64,000 nt of DNA, taken from positions 14,074,001 through 14,138,000 of the forward strand of contig OZ316775.1 of assembly GCA_973851085.1 (NCBI GenBank). The letters run 5' to 3'. Position 1 is the stretch's first letter; each line of letters opens with the position of its first letter. Both the position numbers and the translations under genes were made by a program. Source of the stretch: Ptychomitrium polyphyllum. Its lineage: Eukaryota. Under the pieces are notes generated by a model. The model ran no database searches, was not told the origin of the DNA, and saw nothing but the letters and a program-made list of their open reading frames with translations. Below, in pieces: positions 12,856 through 24,499 of this stretch.

Positions 12856-13866
12856 CTTGACAAACGGAACCTAAACAGCAACGAAGTACCCCTGCAAAAA
12901 ACCAATCGCCAACTCTCTCAAAACTACATGAAAGATCACAAAAGTGAACCGAACCTCAACACTGCCCTGACAAACCAAAGCAACAACCACAGAGGCCGAA
13001 GACAAATATGTAATCAACACCACAAGACATTAGTTGCTCACCAGATCTGGAACGTTCCGCTACAAATGCAAACTCGATCAGGACATAAAAGCTGCAGAGG
13101 GCCCAAGACCCAAAGCATTGGCCCTGAACCCTAAACCCTGGCGGTAACGTAGCTGTAAAGGAGAGAGTAATCTACTGTAGCACGAGTCAAGTTGCAGGAA
13201 TTCACAGCGTACAAGAAGTTGTTTAATGTAATTTTATGTTCAGCGAACGATGGGTTGTCCTACAACTTGCAGTTTCCACCGAAACCCTTGCCTTCTGTTT
13301 TTCAAAACTGAGTTGGTATTAGTAAGCTTAACAATATTTTACAGAATCATACATCGTGAGAGAATATGTGGATTGTAAGAACCAAGTTATTTGATTCTTG
13401 TGCTACAGTTGGATCAGATAGCAGTGAGAATTATAAGTTCATATGCAAAGTCCTTAGGCTACTGATTGCACTTTCCTAAGTTACTGATATTGGCAATTTG
13501 ATTGTAGAATATGATTGTGGACACAAGAATTGGCCAAACTCTTGTGACCAGTTATTTGAGTTCAAAACAATGAAAGGAAACAATCGATGAAGCTATTGCA
13601 AGAAATGCCTATAGCCTTGTCTTCTGGACCCAATCCAATTGCTCTCGAATGTACACAGATGACATGGTATATGCATATCATGCCTATGGAAAACAATCAA
13701 TCAATAGAATCGGTGATGCTGTTTCTAACTTGTCAAATTTACCGGTAATCAACGCACTTGTATGTTGCTTAAAACAGAAAATGCTCATCTTATTCCAAAG
13801 AATGAGATATAGACGTGCATTAAGCTCCTAGAGATCAGTCGCACACCTTCAGAAGTAGTAATCTAG

Positions 13867-15116
13867 TCATGGGCCATCATCGCCATCACCGATTATGTTG
13901 CAGATTTCACTGCACTCCACAAGGCTGCCACCCAACCCAACCCAACCAAACCCAACCTCTCAAAATGACTGAAATGCTAAAAGAAGAATACAACTATTCT
14001 ACTGCCAAGTTCTATAGTATCCAGTGTACCAAGTTCCGACGAGACTTGAAAGATGCATTGAAAGATGCAATAATCTTTTTCGCATCGTCCGTTACATCTT
14101 GCACCATTAAATACATCTTTTATCAAATCCTGCCAGATCCTGTTAAGATGATTCTTCGTTTGCACCCAAAGTTCTAGCAAAGGATTGAGAGCTTTGATAC
14201 ATGAAAGGATGAAAGAAGTCTACGAAACAACAGCGCAAATTTCAAATTGAAGACGAAGAATACTTCGTACCAGTATTGTCGACTTCGAAAACCTTCCTTG
14301 AACACCACAAGAGGTCTGCAGAACAAGAAAATGGTGATAAGCAAATTTACACAAACAGTTCCTCCTACTGTACTCCAATTACCTACAACCAACCTTCTGT
14401 TCAATTATCCTTCTTTCTCAATTACTGAGACGTCTTGAATAGAGAATGAATATGCGAGAACAGATGCATCACTGAAAAAGTTAGAACGTATAAGATTACC
14501 TTCGAACATTGAGAGGACCCTCGCCTGATCCGGCTCCCCCTCTAATACAGGTGGACACACATTTCCTTGTGCAGGTTTCAGCCTTGGCCGACTTTGGCTT
14601 CTGAATTCTCTGTCCCTTGTCTCCTCCTACATCATTCATCCAGTTTGAAAGCTATCTAAACAATCATAAAAGTACTCTCAAGAGCTGATTACTTAAAAAT
14701 TACTCTCACAAGTAGGCGAACGAAGAAGCACTTTTCTTACCAGAAAGGGTTTGTGGAACATCTTCGAAAGTGTCCCGAGAAGACGGCGCCCCTTGTATGC
14801 CAATCGTCATAGCCAATGCCACTACCAAGGAAAGCACACTCTGCAGCGCGCTTCGCTGGTAGTCATGGACGATGGACATCTGAGGCGGATCAGATCCCAA
14901 AAGATTCACAGTTTTAGTAAGTCCCGTACCAGGAGCGCTGTGAGTGGATGGAAGGATGCTGGGTGTTGCAGAAGTGGAGGATGAAGGTAAGGCGCAAATA
15001 GAGTTCAACTTTCGACGCGAAGGATGTTGCCTTGGCGAGGCAGAAGAAGCTCTTGAGGGAATCGTGCAATGGGATAGTAATGAAACACGATCTAACAACG
15101 AGGTAAGAGACGACAT
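13867..15116 (-). CDS. Conserved plant Cys-rich protein of unknown function, probably plastid/thylakoid-targeted; 4 exons (15116-14741, 14626-14500, ~14315-14271, ~13924-13867)
   Basis: Ser-rich transit peptide and hydrophobic segment, then DVPQTLSG|GDKGQRIQKPKSAKAETCTRKCVSTCIRGGAGSGEGPLNVRR|PLVVFKEGFRSRQYC|LVECSEICNIIGDGDDGP*, with paired CxxxCxxxC motifs and GT-AG introns. Confidence 0.85.
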
Positions 15117-16049
15117 TGAAACATGTACTACTCCCTAACGAAGGTGCGTAAATACACAATACTCTCAAACGCACCCACTACTATCCTTGCAGTAATAGTC
15201 CACAGCTACCCATGCTTCAATCAATACACTAACATCCTCAGAGCGGTCAATATACAGCGTAACCCAAATTGCTGTCAAGAAAAACCGAGCAAAGAGACGG
15301 ACAAGATCGAGCTAAGTAAATCCACCACACTGCATGTCCAACCACCTTTAAAATACTCTCATGCTCTCGAAAACTTGTACCAATCCCCAAGTCCTGTGAT
15401 GACCACTCAGCTCACAAAATTCAGCTCTCAAGAACCAAATTACTTGCCACTTTGACACAGATATCCTTCGTAACGAGAACTCGCATTTCCGCTCTGAAGT
15501 GCACCGACGGCGGAAACCAAAGATAGACTAAAACCTGCAAAGCTGCATGCGTGTAGTGTACCCACTACCATATAATCTGAATCTGTCTTCCTGACAGGAT
15601 TGTTGTCAAACTTCCTTGTAAATGCAGCTCTTCAGGCTCTGTTTTTGCTTGAAGCTGCTGAAGAACCGATAAGTTCTTCGGGGAAGATCCTTATCTAACC
15701 GCACCTCTCCACGTGGAGGATGACCGATGCGCATCGAGCGTTTCCTCCGCAGTCCTTTCCGTCCGATGCTCTGTTCTCTCACTGAGTTCATCGAAGTTCG
15801 TGACCTCAGGTCGATTAGGCGCACGACGTGCACCGATCTAGACCGCCGGATCAACAGCAAGGGCACAGTTGTCCGCTGGAAGGCACTGCCGTCGTGTTGA
15901 CTGAGAAGTTTAGCTTTCCAAACTTCTGCGTTCGCCTCCGCCTCAGTGATAAAAGCTCCCATCCGCACAGCGGCCCCTTCAAGACTACATGTTAGGCATG
16001 ATGACTTTTGCTGTTTCGCAACTCCTGTGTTGTTAACCACTGCTTCTAG

Positions 16050-16157
16050 TTCGTCGCACGGGACTGGAAGACCTCCTCATGGAAGCTGGTGTTGGAGCCA
16101 TTCTGGCGACAGTCATGCCGCGGCACATTGTTAGTGCAATCGTCAATGGCATCACTG
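16050..16157 (+). pseudogene. Degenerate distal alternative first coding exon of COX5C copy 1
   Basis: Acceptor CACTGCTTCTAG ends at 16049; encodes MEAGVGAILATVMPRHIVSAIVNGIT from 16079; phase-1 donor G|GTGAG. Homologous to 20921-21103 but lacks that exon's ATG-bearing segment. Confidence 0.6.
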
Positions 16158-18348
16158 GTGAGCACTTCTTCTCTCCTCCCGAAAACACCTCTCACTGTTT
16201 CCACTCCATGGCATCAATCCTCCTGGCTATGTCCTGTGGTTGTCATCCTCCCAGAACCAAACATCTTGCTTTAATCTAAGAAGCAAGTTGTGCCATCTCA
16301 GACACAATTTAGATCCGACCCCTCTGATTCTTTTGCAAAGTGTTGAGAGTACGAATGAATATTGGACCCGGATGGATGAAACGTGGTTCTCATTCTTCGT
16401 AGCGATCAAGGCGATAGACAGAGTTTCCAGATAGCACCTTGAAAGATGATAGTGTTAATGCAATTGTAGGCTTCTGGTTTGCCGAGTTTTTTACGGCCTT
16501 CTCAAACGAGAGCATGCCAGTGCTTTCCAAAGTTAGCGTTAATGATAACATGAAGAAAAGTATATATGAACCTGGTTTTCTAAGTTGGTTGTATTCACTT
16601 GGGAAGTTTTGATGATTTGTGCAACAGAGACATGCATTTGCATGATTTTTGTTGTCAAGGAAAGGGGGGGATTTCACTTCTATTAGGATGTTGGAGGTGC
16701 AAAACAAACTTTGCATATGAGTGATGAAATATCACTACCCAAAATGAGCCTTGATTAAGACACCCTTCTAAGACATTGAATTGTTTTTATTAGTCTTTGT
16801 TTTTGGTGGTGTATGGAGAGCACAAATTTTGAAGAAAATACAATTCTTGAACACTTTTTTGAATATCTTAGGGTCATTTGGGCTTCATGTTAAATTGAAA
16901 TTTTTCTTTTTTCCAAACCTCAAATATATTCTAATTCAAAATTTATACAGTATACATTGTAATTTAGATCATATTTTAAAACTATGTATTAGGACACCTT
17001 TCAAAATAATGTATATGAATAATATACTCCAAAAATCCACTTTCTAATTCTCCAAAATGTTACAAATACCTACCTTTACTATAATCAGAAAGTATGTGGC
17101 TTCTTCTAATATCTACTTCAAAATCTTTAAATCTAAATCTACATTGCATTCTCATTTGTCTTTATCATTGTCACAATTCATCACAATATGAGTTGTTCAT
17201 TGTATTTAATTGCATGGTAACAAGTTTGGTATGTTAGTCCAAGAAAGTTGATTCAATTATTGGAAGGATAAAACTAGTAGGTAAAGATGCAAATGGAAAA
17301 TATTTTATATGTGAATAAATTGAATGTTGTAAAGTATCCCATTGGAATGGAAAAGTCATTGTTGGAGTAGCTACGTAATCAATTGCATCTTTATATACAA
17401 TCAAAAAAAGTAAATGAATAAAATTTGGTAACTAAATGAGTGGAAAGATTGATAAAGCTAATGGATGTTTGATAAGTGATGTGATATAGTGGAGTGTAAA
17501 TTTCATGTCTAGCACAAATCAAATATATATTGATTATTGTAATGCATACATTCTTTGATAAAAATGGATTCATGTGGATGCTCACTCTTATTATCACTAC
17601 CAATAACCATGAAAGCTTCAGTAAGATGTTTCAAATGACAATGTTGTTTACATTGTAAGGATAAAAGCGAGGGGTGCCATTGTGTTAAGATGATCTTATT
17701 CAATGTTCCATATTCAATCAATGGTTTTGATGACTAGTCCACCTCAGTACGTTGAATACCTTGAGGAATGACAAGTGATCTTTACGTTATGTCATTATTC
17801 TTTGATGACCCAACTATGGTAGCGAGCACACCTTGCATAACAGTGTAAGTCAAGCAACCATGCTCAATCTTTCCAACCACACTGTGCAGAGTGAAAAGGT
17901 CAAGAGAGGTCATACACTTCTAATACGCGTCCACCTCACACAAACGTACAATCATAAGTTTCCTCCAGTGCAACTAAGTACTGAAGTCGCTGTCGACAAT
18001 CGACCAAATCCAAATCCCACAAAGCACCACTAAATGAAAGCCATGAACATGGACCAAGAGCCACGGCTGCGGTATGCCAGTAAGAAAACGCCGCGAGCGC
18101 AGGGAAAAAGGCGCACGAAAGAGCAAGGAACGTTCGGCGAGGGACGTGGCGGCGACCGGGGGAAGTGAAAAGCCGAAGGGGAAGCAAAGCCAGAAGTTTT
18201 AGGGCTTGGAGCGCACGAGCGCCAGGCCATTGCTGCACGCTTGCTTGTGAGTTTGCGGAGCCGAGGTGGCTAGATCGTTGTGAGCGCTGCATTGCGGAGA
18301 GGTCGGTACTAGTCCAGGGTCTAGCGCAAAGCACATTCGTTTGCAACC

Positions 18349-19123
18349 ATGACGGCTGCAGCCAAGTTGCCGGCGCACGTCGCTGCGCAGGCGTCCAAGT
18401 CTAGCCCCAACCTGCTGAGGGAGATCTTCTATGGCATCGGTCTGGGGATATTTGGTGAGTGGTCTCGGTGCCCAGTATCTTTCTAGTGGTTTCTGGCGTG
18501 GTGTTGGATGTGGGTGTCGGTTTCGTGGCCTAGTTGAGATGGGTCCTGGGTTAGGTCGAAGGGTTCCAGGACTCGGAGGGTGTTCGGCGCAAGCGGTACT
18601 AGAAGATTGGTGGACAGAGTTTTGTGACTTGAATCTTGTGGGTTTCTGTTTTCTTTTATTTCTGAAGTTTTTGCGGTTTAGGGTTGAGATTTCGGGTTAC
18701 AGTTTATGCACAAGTTTTGAGATTAGATGTGCAGGGCATCGTAGGGACTACCCTGGTGATCTTCATGAGGGATTTCTGCGCTCTGTGTGTTTTAAGAGCG
18801 AAGGGTTCATTGTTTGGTAGATTGTTTCTAGAGGAATGAGTTTTGTCGCTTTGGTGATTTTTTTAGTGGAAGTGGTTCTTGGCCTCTGGAACGATGGTGA
18901 TAGAAATGTTGGATGGTTCTTTTAAGTACTGCACAGGTGTGTATCTTTTCCTTTGTTCGAGTGTTTCTGTTATCTGCTTAGAAGTTCACCTTATGTTGGC
19001 TTCATGTGGTGGTTGACAGTTGGCTCATTCTGGAAGGTTCACCACATGAATGAGCGCCGCAAGACTGAAGAATTCTATGCCAGATTGGAGGCAGGAGAAA
19101 TTACTGTGAACGTGGAAGAGTAG
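18349..19123 (+). CDS. COX5C: Cytochrome c oxidase subunit 5C, copy 1 (exons 18349-18454, 19020-19123; 69 aa)
   Basis: MTAAAKLPAHVAAQASKSSPNLLREIFYGIGLGIF|VGSFWKVHHMNERRKTEEFYARLEAGEITVNVEE*; the WKxHHxNExRKT...FY..LE.GEI pattern is plant COX5C. Confidence 0.9.
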
Positions 19124-20973
19124 ATATTATCATGATGAGTAAGTGACATGTTTTTGGGACTCTTTTCCAACTTCAAGAGGTGAACCTTTGAGTATAGTTT
19201 CTCCTGCTTCTAATCTGTGTTGCTTACACAATGGTGATTTGTAGTGGTTTTTTTGTTGCGGACTGATTACTTCTGATGCGTTTCAATTGTATTTACATCT
19301 TTCAAATTTTCGAAGGTATTACTTGTTGCGGGTGTTCTAGATTTGTTTTTTCATCTTCAATACGCAGCACTCAATGTTTTGTATATGAGTTCTTTTCCTG
19401 GTTGGGGAGAGTTTTGAAGGATCATCAATTTTAGAGGTTTGATGGAAAGTGCAGTGGATCTTACACTTAGTTCTGTGTGGTTGTTTACAGGATTATTAGG
19501 GAGTGGACAGGCGTTTTTCAGCTCATTGGAAGGAGTTGTGTCCTGCGTGTAACAATGGCCATGAGTAGTGAGATGTCCGGAATATAGTTTCGCCTCCGTC
19601 ATGCTCTGCACTATGTGTTGTACCTGCAGTTGGAGATAATTATGGTTTAGAGGAACCAATAATCTTCTCTTTTGACAGGATTCAGATATACTTGCACTTG
19701 AAGAGAAATTTCTTTTTCCTAGGTGATCTCATGCACGTGATCTTTAATAAATGTAGTATGGATTGACATCAAAAGCATGAAGTGGTTTTGCTTTCTTATG
19801 ATGGTTTCTGTTTCAGTCTGGTTATTTTGGAAGCGTTCGCACATGACACCGAATCATAAAAGCTTACTAGTTGCCTGGTCCTAAAAAAACTAGTTACAAT
19901 TGTTCTATTCCATTAATGCGTGGTCTGACATTCGATTGTGTCGTTACGTAGGCCCTTTTCCGTTACTTTGGACTCCGTTGTTGCCCTGTTTTCCACATCA
20001 GAGCCACTACTTTGTGCTGTAACGTTGAAACGGAGAAACAATTGTTGATGGGCAAGGTATACTTGATGGTACAGTAGTGAATATTGTTGCTAAGTTCGGG
20101 GTACCTTTGTTACCAGAGCTGGTTAAGGGTGAGCGATGGGTTTTCTTTGAGTTAGACCTCAGACCACTAAGCCCTTGTTCTGAAAGCTTCATTTGAACTT
20201 TTGATCGTCATGGAGAAATGTTTCGTGAGTTCTTCAAGTCCGTATCTTTGAGCCGCCTTCCTGTCTTGAAACTGTTGAGAAGCTCTTCGGAGAAGGTGCG
20301 CAACCAGCTGCGCCCCTCCGCGTGAAGTCATAGAAGGATGGCTTCTCATCGAGCGTTTATTTCGTGTGCTGCCCTGTTCTCGTAACTGAATGGGCTCATC
20401 AAAATTAGTTAGGCTGATGTGGCGCAAGGCGTGCAGCATCTATCCCGACCGCTGGATCATCAACGGCTTGGGCATCATCGTCCGGTCGATGCAGCTTAGT
20501 TTTGGATTGACGGTGAGGGTTGTATTCCTCGCTCAGTACTGCAGTAGCTTAACGGTCTTTGTGTTTGCGCATGATCCTTCAGTTCGTGAGCAAAGATAGT
20601 CGTGCATTGATGTGCTATTGCAGTTTGCCGACCTTGTGAAGATACAACAGTCGGACTACAGAACGTCCTGCACTCTGATTGAGGTGTGAAGCAGGCGTGC
20701 ATGCTTGAGTTGTGATTTATTTTTGCTGTTGTGAACACCATTTGTGTTATCTTTAATTCGAAGCTATTTTGTGGTTTCCGTTTCGGGTTGTGGAGTTCTT
20801 GACGTAATGCGTTTTAGAGAATTATCCATGTGCATGCGAGTATAGCGGGAGCTGAAGGGACAATTGCTGTTATATATCTGAACCCTCTTCTGTCCTGATA
20901 CAAAATATCACTGCTTTTAGTTTGTTGCGAGGGACGCAGGAGATTTCTTTCGTTTCAAAAAGTGGTAATTGTT

Positions 20974-22624
20974 ATGGCATCACGGGGAACCGCTGCCCTA
21001 AATTGGGCCAAGAAATCAGGTGTTGGCGGCAGCCATAGCCATGAGAAGCAGTCCACATCTATTCCGCGACACATCGTTAGTGCAATAGTCTTTGGCATCG
21101 TCTGTAAGTGATTTCTCTGTCATTATATGATTATTGTTGCTGCCTGATTTCTACATCACTTGAACATCGTGCTTTTTCCTTCTTTCTTATTTTCTGTTTA
21201 ATTTTCCTTAACGCAAGTTTCGTTCCAACTTCTTGACTGTTTATGCCAACTTAGACATGGTATAGACATGACCTCTGGAGAAATGGTTCGATTTTGCTGA
21301 ACGAGCATTCCCAGTACTTTGTTTGTTAGTTCAATCTAAATCTTTGTTTACATTGGTATTGAATCGTTGACCATAGTACTCATAGGATGGTGTACATTCA
21401 ATATTCCACTTCAAATTTAGAACTGGTGACACAAATTTAATGTATTTATGTGTAACTAGTAAATTTATTGTTTGTTGTTTTTATGACCTCAATCAGCTTT
21501 TACCAAAATGGATCCTTCCAATACTTGTTTGCTGGATAAGATTGTAGAGTTTACAGATCAGGACCCCAAGAACTCATCAAACACCTAAAGACTCGGTTTG
21601 TAGCGAGGTTGCCAATACCGACTCCTAATTAAGGATGAATTAGAAAACTAGATGAGAGTAGCCAAAGTTAAAGTTGAGACTCTGAAACGAGAAAGCACTT
21701 TTCTGCGAATTCTGGGCCAGAACACAACAATGGTGACTACGAAGTGAGGGCGTGAGTTTTGGGTTTGAAGCTCGTCTGGAAATTTCATTTTTTCTTTTGC
21801 AAGCTTGGGATTTTGAGGCTTTGTGATTGTGAGCTCCACGTTTTCCATAGTTGATCGTTTTGCTAGTCCAGCACGGATATATTCGTTAGCAACCATCACT
21901 GCAGCGGCTAAGTTTCCTGCGCACGTAGCTGCGCTGGCGTCCAAGTATAGTCCCAGCGTCTTGAAGGGAATCTTATATGGCATCGGCCTGAGAACCTTCG
22001 GTGAGTGGTTGGTGATGGCAAAATCTTGGTGTTCGCTTTCTTTTTGTATGCTTCGGGGTGAAAAACGAATGTGGGGTTTAGTTGGGTTTTCGTTTCATTG
22101 CCTGGTTGTGAGAGAGGTTTTGCAGGGTTAGGGTGACCTGAGTTTGCGTTTGGCTGATTGGGATTTCGTGGAATATTTTATTTTTGTCTCATTTTGTTTA
22201 GTGGCAAGGTGAATTTTGGAATCCAAGCCTACATGTGTTCTGCGAGAACCATAATCCTGTTACCTGATTTTCATTGCACGGAAGTTCACGCTCTGCACAT
22301 TTAAGATTGAAAGATCAACTAGTTTCTTCGTAGACCATGAAGTCGTTTGCTTCTTTGATGTTCTGAGTGGAAGCACTTCTTGGTCGCTAGAACTTTGTTG
22401 AATGATATGTTGGATGGAACTTGTGACATCGCAATGGTATGGTTCTTATTCTTTGTTTGAGCATTTTTTGTTGTCTGCTTAGTAATTCAGCTTCCAGTGG
22501 ATTCCTGGGTTGCATGGCAGGTGGCTCATTCTGGAAGGTTCACCACTTGAACGAGCGCCGCAAGACTGAGGAATTTTATGCCAGATTGGAGGCAGGAGAA
22601 ATCACTTTATCTGCGCAGAAGTAA
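20974..22624 (+). CDS. COX5C: Cytochrome c oxidase subunit 5C, copy 2, using the distal first exon (20974-21103 + 22521-22624; 77 aa)
   Basis: MASRGTAALNWAKKSGVGGSHSHEKQSTSIPRHIVSAIVFGIV|CGSFWKVHHLNERRKTEEFYARLEAGEITLSAQK*. The T|GTAAGT donor is phase 1, matching exon 2, and the TM segment aligns without gaps to copy 1. Confidence 0.75.
21895..22000 (+). pseudogene. Proximal first exon of COX5C copy 2 with ATG changed to ATC
   Basis: gcaaccATCactgca here versus gcaaccATGacggct in copy 1. Same 106-nt length and G|GTGAGT donor; reads ITAAAKFPAHVAALASKYSPSVLKGILYGIGLRTF (Gly to Arg in the TM helix). Confidence 0.8.
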
Positions 22625-23726
22625 ATATCACAATGATGGGTAAGTGGTGCATTTGGGACTCGTTTTTGCTGAAGTCTTGTCTACCTCTGGAGAGGTTTTT
22701 CCGAGTCCAGTTCCTGGCATTTTTGAACTGTGCTGCGTGCACTACAGCTTGGTGTGTTTGATGATGCGAACTGGTGAATCATGAACTGTTGTATGTACAT
22801 CCTTTGAATTTGAAGATATATTTTATTTACGTCTTTTAGACTTCTCCACTCATGAGTAGTGCACTTTTTCTGTCTAGGGTGGGCACAAGGCTGCGACAGT
22901 CTTTTACCTACATCTGCATAACAAGGTTGACAATAGAGGTTCCATCTGAATGTGCAGCAGATCTTACAGTTAGTTTTGTGTGGTTTTCTACAGGGTTAGG
23001 ACTTTGACAGGCATTTCTCAGCTGATTGTAAGAGTCATGTACTGAGGTGTGTCCCGTGTGCTACAATTACCACGAAATAGTAAAATGCTTGGAAGATAGA
23101 TTCGCCTCTGTCATGCTCTGTACTGTGTGTTCGACCTGTAGTTGGAGATGATTATTGTTTAGAGGAATCAGTTACCTTCTCTTTTGACATGATTCAGGTA
23201 CACTTGCACCATGAAGTGAACTTTCTGATGTTTAGATGATCTCGTGCACTTGATCCTTAACAAATGTAGGATGTTTCGACAGAAGAATGACATGCTGTTT
23301 GCATTTCACCACTGGTTGCTGGTTTGGTCTGGTAATCCTTGTGGGCTTTTCAACTGAATTCTAACTGAGGATCATTTGGTGATGTCTTGTGAGGTCACCA
23401 AGCTATTGTTTATACCACCAGTCAGCTTCCTGGCTTGAATCGAGAGGTCTGAGCTTTAAAATCTGCTGTGTTTTCCAAAGTCGCTACCTGATACATGTGC
23501 ACAAAATTATTACAGACCATGTTACAACTTGGATTGGAAGTCATAAGTGCACCAAGTAGATCTTGTTGGTTGATCCTCAAATACACTTATCATGCGTTTT
23601 GACATTAAGCTAACGTTGCAATCGGTTCTGCTTTGAGAAACGTTTAACCCAAGGCCATTTAACTTCTCTGGAATCTGCTAATTCCAAACAGCCTTTCTGA
23701 TAGAAACCCCAGGAATTTACACATTA

Positions 23727-23907
23727 TTACACCTTCAAGGGCCGCTTTACATTTCGGCTCAGTCCCAATTCGGGACTGGCCTAATTCAGTAGTGATCAAG
23801 CCATTTGATTAGCCCCACGTTTTTCAAATTGGGCTGGCTCAATTTAGAGCCCTTAAGTCCAATTGAGGGCCTAATTAGGATTGTGAAATTGGGCCTTTTT
23901 AGTGTAA
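23727..23907. mobile_element. Possible MITE-like element with imperfect terminal inverted repeats
   Basis: Left end TTACACCTTCAAGGGCCGCTTTACA versus reverse complement of the right end TTACACTAAAAAGGCCCAATTTCACA; internal CCAATT..GGCCTAATT repeats. Confidence 0.3.
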
Positions 23908-24499
23908 AGTCCTTTGGACCCAATTAAGGGGTTAGCTCCTTTCTGCAATCTAAACAAGCACACGTGTTTATATTTGCCTTTCCTTTAATCTGCCCTTCTT
24001 TCACCACCTTGATAGGATTGAACAATTCAATGTTATTAAGCAACCAAGAAACTAATGAAATTCCAATAGGAAGAAGTTAATGGCCTCAATAGAACAAAAA
24101 ACTACATGTATTTTTTGCAAAGAAACCCGAATTCTCATTAATATTCTCATCTCCATTGTCAAATCATTATAATGAATAGAATCTTATCACAATTGCACTC
24201 CATGATCTTCGGAAACCTCTTGGAGGTGGTTTAAACATGGCAGTTTAGCCATTACATAAAACTATCTCAAAATTCTTAATGAGTAAATATTTGAAAGAAG
24301 TTTTGAATTTTTATTGTAAAAACAATTGACAAGATAGAAGACAATTCTTATAATATGGTAGAGGTTGGTTCTTGAAATAAGCTACAAGCATTTCTTTGCT
24401 TAATTAAAAGCTAGGATTTTTGGACTTTAATAAAAGAAAAGCACAAGCAATCCCTCAACTTCAATGATTGCTATGCATTTGAGTTATTGCTACTAACTT

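Larger units (their letters stand above)
15600..23340 (+). repeat. Old tandem direct duplication of the COX5C locus (~15600-19830 vs ~20200-23340)
   Basis: Collinear similarity in the upstream block (e.g. CATCGAGCGTTT in both), distal exon, intron pieces, proximal exon, exon 2 and about 700 bp of 3' region. Confidence 0.85.

Noticed and set aside
22439..22624. 61-aa single-exon ORF as the COX5C copy 2 protein
   Set aside because: Its first half is intron sequence upstream of the acceptor at 22520, which corresponds to the copy 1 acceptor at 19019.
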